The position numbers were made by a program, and so were the translations under genes. Below are positions 56,886 to 64,000 of a stretch of 64,000 nt of DNA, one piece after another. How positions within the stretch are numbered: the stretch's first letter is position 1; each line of letters starts with the position of its first letter. The stretch lies in the IMG/VR virus record IMGVR_UViG_3300021603_000005, positions 1 to 64,000 of that record; one strand, written 5' to 3'. The notes under the pieces are model-generated. The model saw only the letters and a program-made list of their open reading frames with translations. It searched no databases and was not told where the DNA came from. This DNA comes from a virus. Its lineage: Duplodnaviria > Caudoviricetes.

Positions 56886-58631
56886 ATGCAGCTACCCAAG
56901 TATGAACCAGCGGGTTTCGCGTTAACAATATTCAAAGATCGTTATGCGATACATGATAACGAGACATTTGATCAAGCGTGTATGCGAGTAGCGGAATGCG
57001 TAGCCACAGTCGAATGCGGAACCAAGAGAGACGAATTCAAAAGTAGATTCTACGACGTAATGAATACGAACAGATTTTCTCCAGGTGGTCGTATATGGTC
57101 TGGTGCTGGACGAGCACATGGTCATCTGTTAAATTGCTTTGTATTGGACGTGGAAGATTCTAGGGAGGGGTGGGGGGAAGCACTGCGTAGCGTAACCATC
57201 ATTTCTGGAACTGGCGGTGGAGTTGGGTTGTCGTTTGCTAAAATCAGACCACGAGGAGCGAAGATTAAAAGCACTAATGGACGGTCAACGGGGTCTGTTA
57301 GCCTCATGCGATGCATCAATGCTGTTTGCAATGAATTGCGAAGTGGGGGCAATAGACGAAGTGCATTGTTGTTTGCTCTGCCATATTGGCATCCAGATAT
57401 ACCAGAATTCTTGAAGGCAAAGCTAGACGAAAATGAACTTACTAATGCCAACATATCCGTAACAATCGACGATGAGTTTCTAAGACTTGTCAAGAACAAT
57501 AAGGATGTTGTATTCGCCTGGGACGGAACGCAGTATGGAACAATGCCAGCAAAGAAACTATGGGACAAGATAGTTCAGAATGCATGGAACTGTGGCGATC
57601 CCGGAATAATCAACCTTGGATTAGCAAACGAGATGTCCAACATAGCCTACGATACAAAGCTGATAGCGACAAATCCATGTGGCGAAATAGTCATGAACCA
57701 TGGTGGGTCGTGCGATCTTGGAGCAATAGTATTACCCACACATGTTATTAATGGCAGAGTAAACTGGAAAATGCTTGCAGATACGGTTATGGTTAGTGTG
57801 AGGTTTCTCGATAACGTAATAGACCGTAGTGATTATCCGCTACCCTTCATGAAAGAGGTCGCACAGCAATATAGAAGAATTGGTCTGGGAGTCATGGGAC
57901 TACATGACTTTATGTTGAAGCTTGGGGTAAAGTACAGCAGCCCAGAGGCTCTTAAACTGGTCGATAAGGTAATGGATTTCATTAAGAAAAAGGCTTATGA
58001 GACCAGTACTTTTTTGGCAGTTGAAAAGGGATCTTTTCCAAAACTAGATCGACGACAGTTTGTTGGTTCGCGATTTATCAAAAGTCTGACAGTCGAAATG
58101 AAAAACAAAATTCTTGAATATGGAATACGTAATTGTGCGATATTGACAATAGCACCAACCGGCACAATCAGCATTGTGGCTGGCGTTTCGTCTGGAATAG
58201 AACCAATATTTTCTCCTGTCTATAAGATAAAATTCAATAGGCACGAGTCAACAAAAGGGGATGGTGTGGAAACTATTGTCCATCCATTATTACAAGAATT
58301 TCTTATGTCTGGCAAATCCATAGAAACTTTTGAAGGCGCACACGACATATCTCCAGAGCAGCATTGTTTGATTCAGTCTGTATGCCAGAAACATGTCTGC
58401 AATTCTATAAGTAAAACTATAAACCTGCCAAAAGATTATCCAATTCAAGAACTTAGTTCAATTATGATGCGAAACATTAGATATCTCAAAGGTATTACTA
58501 TATATAGGGATGGAAGCAAGGGGGAAAGCCCGCTTACACCAGTTCCAATTAGTTATGTTAAGGATCATATTGACGACTTTGTAGCTGGTGTGTCAAATAA
58601 CGATTGTCCTGGTGGTCAATGTAATTTGTGA
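56886..58631 (+). CDS. nrdJ: class II (B12-dependent) ribonucleotide reductase
   Basis: NCFV, TNPCGE, RRIGLG, IAPTGTIS, C-terminal CxxxxC; no beta subunit nearby. Confidence 0.88.
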   Translation: MQLPKYEPAGFALTIFKDRYAIHDNETFDQACMRVAECVATVECGTKRDEFKSRFYDVMNTNRFSPGGRIWSGAGRAHGHLLNCFVLDVEDSREGWGEALRSVTIISGTGGGVGLSFAKIRPRGAKIKSTNGRSTGSVSLMRCINAVCNELRSGGNRRSALLFALPYWHPDIPEFLKAKLDENELTNANISVTIDDEFLRLVKNNKDVVFAWDGTQYGTMPAKKLWDKIVQNAWNCGDPGIINLGLANEMSNIAYDTKLIATNPCGEIVMNHGGSCDLGAIVLPTHVINGRVNWKMLADTVMVSVRFLDNVIDRSDYPLPFMKEVAQQYRRIGLGVMGLHDFMLKLGVKYSSPEALKLVDKVMDFIKKKAYETSTFLAVEKGSFPKLDRRQFVGSRFIKSLTVEMKNKILEYGIRNCAILTIAPTGTISIVAGVSSGIEPIFSPVYKIKFNRHESTKGDGVETIVHPLLQEFLMSGKSIETFEGAHDISPEQHCLIQSVCQKHVCNSISKTINLPKDYPIQELSSIMMRNIRYLKGITIYRDGSKGESPLTPVPISYVKDHIDDFVAGVSNNDCPGGQCNL

Positions 58632-58641
58632 GAGGTGTTCT

Positions 58642-59817
58642 GTGGAAAAGCTAGAACAAGTCATGAAGATGGTGCGAGACGGTAAAAGTAGAGAACAGAT
58701 CAAGGATGCCATTGGTTTGTCTATGTGGAAGACCAGAGAACTTATTACACGGGCTCGCACAATCATATCATCTGGCACAAATACGAATAATATTTCAGTT
58801 GATGCGTTAAACCAGATCAAAATAGACCAACAACTTGCCAAACTAAGAGATGCAAAGACAAAAACAGAATCTAAATACACTAGGTTGGTCGAAGAGTTAA
58901 ACAAAAAAGAAGAGTCTATAACAGAAATAATTGAGTTATCCAAGCATGTGCATAGTACAAAACCCGTCAGGATTAAAGTTGATCGTGGGGACACAGACTC
59001 TCATTCAACAGCCTTTATTGTGGCCTCTGACTGGCATCTTGAAGAGGTTGTTAATCCCAAAATGGTCGAAGGTGTTAACGACTTCAATCTAGATATCGCA
59101 GTTGATCGCGTTAACAGGCTATGGACAAATGGTCTTAAGTTAATCGAAATGACAAGATCAAAATCTAGGATAGATACACTTGTCGTTCCGTTGCTCGGAG
59201 ACCTAATGGCTGGACATATTCACGAAGAGTTAATAGAAAGTAATTCGTTATCGCCAATACAATCTGCATTGAAAATTTTTGAACTAGTCTCTAGCGGAAT
59301 TGATTTTCTACTGGAAAATGGTGGATTCTCTAGGATCGTGATACCATGTTGTATAGGCAATCATGGCAGAACAACACAGAAACCCAAGGTGTCAACAGCC
59401 AACATCAACAGTTATGAGTGGTTAATATACAATTTTCTTGCTTCAAGATATATGAATAACCCCAAAGTTATCTTCAGGGTTGCAGATGGGTATTTTAGCT
59501 ATCTCGAAGTATATGATATGATAATCCGATTCCATCACGGCGATGGCATTCGCTATAATGGTGGTGTTGGCGGGGTGCATATTCCACTAAACAAGGCTAT
59601 TGCACAATGGAACAAATTTAACAGAGCAGACCTAGATGTGTTAGGGCATTGGCACTGTCGCATGTCTGGTAGCGACTATGTTGTAAATGGCTCTGTTGTT
59701 GGATATAACGCATATTCCATTAGAATCAAGGCCGATTTCCAGCCTCCGTGTCAATCGTTTTTCCTGATTCATCCGAATAAGGGGAAAACAGTAGAAGCGC
59801 CAATTTATGTGACGTGA
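58642..59817 (+). CDS. calcineurin-like metallophosphoesterase with N-terminal HTH/coiled coil
   Basis: SDWH, LGD, GNHG, HGD, GHWH. Confidence 0.85.
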   Translation: MEKLEQVMKMVRDGKSREQIKDAIGLSMWKTRELITRARTIISSGTNTNNISVDALNQIKIDQQLAKLRDAKTKTESKYTRLVEELNKKEESITEIIELSKHVHSTKPVRIKVDRGDTDSHSTAFIVASDWHLEEVVNPKMVEGVNDFNLDIAVDRVNRLWTNGLKLIEMTRSKSRIDTLVVPLLGDLMAGHIHEELIESNSLSPIQSALKIFELVSSGIDFLLENGGFSRIVIPCCIGNHGRTTQKPKVSTANINSYEWLIYNFLASRYMNNPKVIFRVADGYFSYLEVYDMIIRFHHGDGIRYNGGVGGVHIPLNKAIAQWNKFNRADLDVLGHWHCRMSGSDYVVNGSVVGYNAYSIRIKADFQPPCQSFFLIHPNKGKTVEAPIYVT

Positions 59818-60575
59818 TGCGATACCATATAATAACATATTGTTCGTCTGGCTATGCCAATTGTCTTAGGTCTACCATTAATAGTTGGTTAGACAATGGG
59901 GAGATGGAACAGATATTGGTTTATTCAGATTCAGCGGTAGATCTTGGTATCAAAGACACGAGAGTCCTTATTAATAACATATTTGCACGACCCAAAATCG
60001 CAAATACGCATTATACAAATAAGGCCATGGCTATTCTAGATGCTATGCAACGCGTCGACAACATTTTAATGCTTGACGCAGATTGTTTGATAGTCAATAC
60101 ACCAAGACAATTTTTTAACAGGAGATTTGATGTAGCCCCAACATTATGGGGGATAGATACAAATCATATTGTAACCGAAAATAGCTTTCGTGGCAAGCGC
60201 AATAGTATGTGGAATGATGTAAGCGCTGGCACATTATTTGTTCACAACACCCCTACCGCAAGACTGTTTATCGAAGAATGGATACGTATTCAAAACGAAT
60301 TAATCGGAGAGAAGCTATTTAGGGGATATGTCTCTAAAAACGTGGATCAAAGAGCGTTAACACAAACTTGTCGTCATGCAATAAGCGCAGACGATACAAC
60401 AGTGATAGCCGCGAATGCCAGGATATTCAATAATTATCCTGAAACGCATTACACAAGGGACGTACTTAAGTGGATAAACAACATGTGTGCAGATACTAAG
60501 ATATTTCATTTAGCTCATGGAATATGGAACAACAGAGAAGTTGTCGATAGTATAGCGAGGATTTATGGCAAATAG
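59814..60575 (+). CDS. GT-A nucleotide-diphospho-sugar transferase
   Basis: LDAD (DxD), SAGT.F, DQ.AL, FH. Confidence 0.7.
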   Translation: MMRYHIITYCSSGYANCLRSTINSWLDNGEMEQILVYSDSAVDLGIKDTRVLINNIFARPKIANTHYTNKAMAILDAMQRVDNILMLDADCLIVNTPRQFFNRRFDVAPTLWGIDTNHIVTENSFRGKRNSMWNDVSAGTLFVHNTPTARLFIEEWIRIQNELIGEKLFRGYVSKNVDQRALTQTCRHAISADDTTVIAANARIFNNYPETHYTRDVLKWINNMCADTKIFHLAHGIWNNREVVDSIARIYGK

Positions 60576-61503
60576 AATTGCGTGGTCTGAAAGTCGCATT
60601 AAGAAGTTCAGAGAATGTCCATTGGCGTATTGGTTTACGTATTACCTATCGAATAATGGATGGATGCCAAATGCTTCTGAACGGAGTAAACTTGCCTATC
60701 GATTAAAAAAGATTACCAATCTTGCTATGTGGTGCGGAAGCGTTGTTCATAATATCATAGAGTTTGCTATCAAATCGAAGTTGTCGACAGGAACACCTAC
60801 TTCGCCAAGCGATATGAAGTCAAAGACGATTGAGATGTTTAGGGATGGCTGGAAAGAATCTGTCACAAAGGCATGGATGAATAGGCCAAGCAAGGCGGTT
60901 AATCTAGCAGAACACTATTTCAAAACTGGTGTAAGTAATGACCAAGCAGGGATGATAAAGGATAAGGCCATAAAATGCATTGACAACCTGCATATTACTG
61001 CCCATTGGGATAATCTGATGTCTCTGCCAAAGGATGATATCTTTCCAGTAGAACAGTTTGCCACATTTAACCTTGCTGGTGGCGAACCGGTTATGGTTAA
61101 ATTAGACGCTGCCTATAAATACTATGACAGTGTAGTTCTTGTGGATTGGAAAACCGGCAAACCAAACGATTCTATTTCGGAACAAATGATGACATACGCA
61201 ATGTTCGCCCTCAAGTCCGGATGGACTAAGCGAGTTGGCAACATCCTTTTATCACCAGTCTTTCTTGGTGCCGAAAACCACAGGGATGTCGAGACCACAA
61301 TAAAGGTAGATATGGATCGGCTTAAGGCGCAGGCAGATGTCATTAAACGAGAACAGCATATTCTTGACGAAGTAGATTCGTATCGCGATGATGAGTCGCG
61401 GTTCATTGCTACAGGCAACACATACGTATGTGCTAATTGTAACTTTAGAACAATATGTCCAAAGCAGGGGAATGGCACTTGTGCCGAAACGCCATTTGAC
61501 TAA
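60565..61503 (+). CDS. PD-(D/E)XK (RecB/Cas4-like) nuclease
   Basis: CP...G..VH, KLD, VDWKTG, Q...Y, CxxC-x4-C. Confidence 0.88.
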   Translation: MANRIAWSESRIKKFRECPLAYWFTYYLSNNGWMPNASERSKLAYRLKKITNLAMWCGSVVHNIIEFAIKSKLSTGTPTSPSDMKSKTIEMFRDGWKESVTKAWMNRPSKAVNLAEHYFKTGVSNDQAGMIKDKAIKCIDNLHITAHWDNLMSLPKDDIFPVEQFATFNLAGGEPVMVKLDAAYKYYDSVVLVDWKTGKPNDSISEQMMTYAMFALKSGWTKRVGNILLSPVFLGAENHRDVETTIKVDMDRLKAQADVIKREQHILDEVDSYRDDESRFIATGNTYVCANCNFRTICPKQGNGTCAETPFD

Positions 61504-61813
61504 GATAGATATCGCCCGTAAGCCAATAACATTTACTCATTGCGATGAACGGCATGAAGTATTCGCACCATCATGGGATTTACTTAATAGCTATAAAGGC
61601 AACTTCATATCGTGGGAAGAATACGTTGTCAGATATACCGACGAGATGAGAGGCGCTTACGGAAACAACAAGCAGGCGTTTATAGACATGGCAAATCGCC
61701 TAGACCAAGTTGAGTTCGTATGTTGGTGTTGCAAAACATCCACCAAGCAGTGTCATCGTTTTCTCTTGCGTAGTTTTCTGGAGAAAGTTAGATTATGTCT
61801 AAAACAGCAGTAA
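61472..61813 (+). CDS. DUF488-like protein
   Basis: FAPSWDLL...WEEY...CWC...CHR. Confidence 0.7.
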   Translation: MALVPKRHLTKIDIARKPITFTHCDERHEVFAPSWDLLNSYKGNFISWEEYVVRYTDEMRGAYGNNKQAFIDMANRLDQVEFVCWCCKTSTKQCHRFLLRSFLEKVRLCLKQQ

Positions 61814-62196
61814 TGTATTTTGATGGTGGTGTGCGAGACGACAAAATAGCCATGGGGTTTGTTGTTTACCATGTTGACGATAGGTCCAGGGTTTGGTTTG
61901 AGGATTACGGAAGGTGCGGGACTGGAACCAGCAATATGGCGGAATACAGGGGGTTAATTTCTGGCTTGACTGCATGCCTAAAGAACCGCATTGATGTAGT
62001 ATATATTCTCAGCGACAGCCAACTAGTCACTAATCAGGTGAATCAGGTATGGAAAGTCAGAAATGATACGCTACGAAAACATCGAAATAAGGCGCTAGAA
62101 TTATTGTCGCAGTTCAAGGAATGGAATATATCGTGGGTTCCAAGGGAAAAAAATACGCATGCGGATGGGCTGGTAAAACTAGCATTTGGAGGATAA
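61795..62196 (+). CDS. rnhA: ribonuclease HI
   Basis: FDGG, NMAEY, SDSQLV, WVPREKN..AD. Confidence 0.92.
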   Translation: MSKTAVMYFDGGVRDDKIAMGFVVYHVDDRSRVWFEDYGRCGTGTSNMAEYRGLISGLTACLKNRIDVVYILSDSQLVTNQVNQVWKVRNDTLRKHRNKALELLSQFKEWNISWVPREKNTHADGLVKLAFGG

Positions 62197-62199
62197 AAC

Positions 62200-62751
62200 A
62201 TGCTTAGGATAGTATTAACAACAATTGTTTTTATGACCCTGATCTGTACGAGTTTTTCTTGTGTGGATGCTGATGCGAAAGTTGGTGTTGTCGGCGAACA
62301 GCTAACAAGAATTGTCGACCAAAATGCGTCGATTAGTAATAAGCTAAATAACATCGACGAGCTAACACAATCTTTCAGGCAACAACTTGTTGATAAAATG
62401 GACATTATGCATAAGGAAATAAGTGCCGAAACCATCAATTATGGAGGCGCTGGATGGGTCGTGTTGGGGGCCACCGCCGTCGTTATCGTCTTTCTGCTAG
62501 CTGGGGTTGGTGTTGTGTTCATCTTTGTTCGTAATTCGTTGAAGCTAAAGGGATTACTGACGCTTGTAACCTCTGCTATACAAAGTAGTCCAAGTTATGT
62601 TTGCAACAAGGTAAAGGCAGAAATCGAAAAACAAACTGAAAACGGTGGTCCGTTTGGGCTGAAGGACAAGAAAATGTTGCGTGAGTTCACTGAAAGGGCA
62701 GGAACCTTTGCTGCCAAGACAAAAATCGAGCAGCCAAGCAGTATACTGTAG
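62200..62751 (+). CDS. membrane protein
   Basis: Signal peptide, coiled coil and transmembrane segment. Confidence 0.7.
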   Translation: MLRIVLTTIVFMTLICTSFSCVDADAKVGVVGEQLTRIVDQNASISNKLNNIDELTQSFRQQLVDKMDIMHKEISAETINYGGAGWVVLGATAVVIVFLLAGVGVVFIFVRNSLKLKGLLTLVTSAIQSSPSYVCNKVKAEIEKQTENGGPFGLKDKKMLREFTERAGTFAAKTKIEQPSSIL

Positions 62752-62760
62752 GGGGACGTA

Positions 62761-63072
62761 ATGCCAACATACCAATACGTTTGCGATAACTGTGGCCATG
62801 AAACAGAGATACGACAAAGTATAAAGGACGATGCTATTACGCGTTGCGATCAATGCAAGACGGAAAATCTCAGGAGGATTATTAGTGGCGGCATTATTGC
62901 GATAGTTAAGAATACGGCCAACCCAGTGGCATTAAACAAAAATGAGGGTGTCGCCGATAAACAGAGCAAAAAACGGAAGAAACTCGCTAGGCCATGGTGG
63001 CGCAATAGCGATAAGGTTAATACAAAGATACTGAAAAATCCAAGGCGATACATTGAGACTGGAGTGACATGA
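62761..63072 (+). CDS. FmdB-family zinc-ribbon protein
   Basis: MPTYQYVCDNCGH...CDQC...RIIS. Confidence 0.88.
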   Translation: MPTYQYVCDNCGHETEIRQSIKDDAITRCDQCKTENLRRIISGGIIAIVKNTANPVALNKNEGVADKQSKKRKKLARPWWRNSDKVNTKILKNPRRYIETGVT

Positions 63073-63362
63073 TGCGGGTTAATGTAACAAATGGTGTTCC
63101 GGAAAATCAAATTAACAAAGTCGCAACTGTTGTTGTCAAATGTTTGAATTGCAATAAGTCATTGTTCGACATAATTGTAATAGACGAAGATTCTTCGTCG
63201 TGCAAAATTGTTGGTAGATGTGGATTCTGTGGCGGTTCTTCTATCAAACATGTCATTAACGGCAGGTTTTATATTGGATCTTGTGACAGTAACATTGACC
63301 TGGACGTATTAGATGAATTAGATAACGATACACGGGTAGTTCTGGCCAAAAGGAGCGCGTAA
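63069..63362 (+). CDS. zinc-ribbon protein
   Basis: CLNC...CGFC. Confidence 0.6.
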   Translation: MMRVNVTNGVPENQINKVATVVVKCLNCNKSLFDIIVIDEDSSSCKIVGRCGFCGGSSIKHVINGRFYIGSCDSNIDLDVLDELDNDTRVVLAKRSA

Positions 63363-63652
63363 TGATTTTCGTAACACGAGATGGTGTGCCTCGCCGATCA
63401 CCCCCTACATCAGAAACCGTATTTGCAAAAGCCGGAACAGACGGTGTATGTTATGTGCTATGTTCTGTCGACGGACGACTTTTTAATCCATTTACAATGA
63501 ATAATGTTAATAAGCAGGACAGAGAGCGAGGCGAGCCAATGTTTAAGCTTAGAAAGTGTAGTCAAAAATGTTACCAATATTATGTAACATTCCTAAGAAC
63601 AAAAAACCACACGCATTTCGTCATAGCAGAAAGAGAGGCTGTTAATGGATAG
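63362..63652 (+). CDS. hypothetical protein
   Basis: TAATG coupling. Confidence 0.65.
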   Translation: MIFVTRDGVPRRSPPTSETVFAKAGTDGVCYVLCSVDGRLFNPFTMNNVNKQDRERGEPMFKLRKCSQKCYQYYVTFLRTKNHTHFVIAEREAVNG

Positions 63653-63929
63653 TCCAAAAGAAGTCATCGTTGCCCAACTACATAAGTTTCTTGAAGATTC
63701 AAATGTAAACTTATCTAGAAAAACTTCTAAAAATAGGGTAGAATTTATCGATACCGTTATGGGATACATTAATAGGCTAGTGTCAAATAACGACATAGAT
63801 TCCAAAAACAAAGACAGGGTTGTTCGTTTTACGGGTAAGGTGCCATTGACTGCGACTGTGGCCAAGGGTGTTGTGGTTATGACCAAACAGATGTCTCAAC
63901 ACGGAGAAAATATCAGTGGTTGCATTTGA
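63645..63929 (+). CDS. hypothetical protein
   Basis: Coupled ORF. Confidence 0.55.
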   Translation: MDSPKEVIVAQLHKFLEDSNVNLSRKTSKNRVEFIDTVMGYINRLVSNNDIDSKNKDRVVRFTGKVPLTATVAKGVVVMTKQMSQHGENISGCI

Positions 63930-64000
63930 GGTAAATGAATATACTCCAAATTTAAGATTTTTGGCATCGCTATCAGATGGTCGTACAGTTATCCAAGACG

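Noticed and set aside
56886-58631. Intein or intron in the ribonucleotide reductase
   Set aside because: The ORF is compact (581 aa) and continuous through TNPCGE, with no splice motifs

Overview
This window looks like a segment of a large dsDNA bacteriophage genome, although it contains no capsid, tail or terminase genes. Coding is dense and almost entirely on the + strand. Layout: (i) 1-4.4 kb small accessory genes. (ii) 4.4-8.9 kb a largely non-coding control region with motif fields, two consensus sigma70 promoters, a 105-aa ORF, a ~780-nt extensively base-paired candidate ncRNA, a terminator and an atypical tRNA-Met, all bracketed by two inverted TTAATCA repeat clusters. (iii) 8.9-43.6 kb an early-type array of small ORFs with four more tRNAs (one split by a group I intron), an HNH endonuclease, two radical SAM enzymes, a GATase-II/amidoligase pair, a Ycf46-type AAA+/DUF3150/DUF1257/DUF2997 module and an IsrB-like OMEGA element with its omega-RNA. 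(iv) 44-64 kb a second amidoligase, an orphan BrxL-like ATPase without the Lon domain, a Xer recombinase, ClpP, a sigma factor, a nucleotide-sugar/glycosyltransferase cluster, dCMP deaminase, class II RNR, a PD-(D/E)XK nuclease and RNase H. Several small genes carry single stops, frameshifts or internal deletions. All family calls are by-eye motif recognition without database searches, and the host cannot be determined. The best candidate for an undescribed system is the promoter-ORF-tRNA-like element-large ncRNA cassette at about 5.65-8.34 kb.
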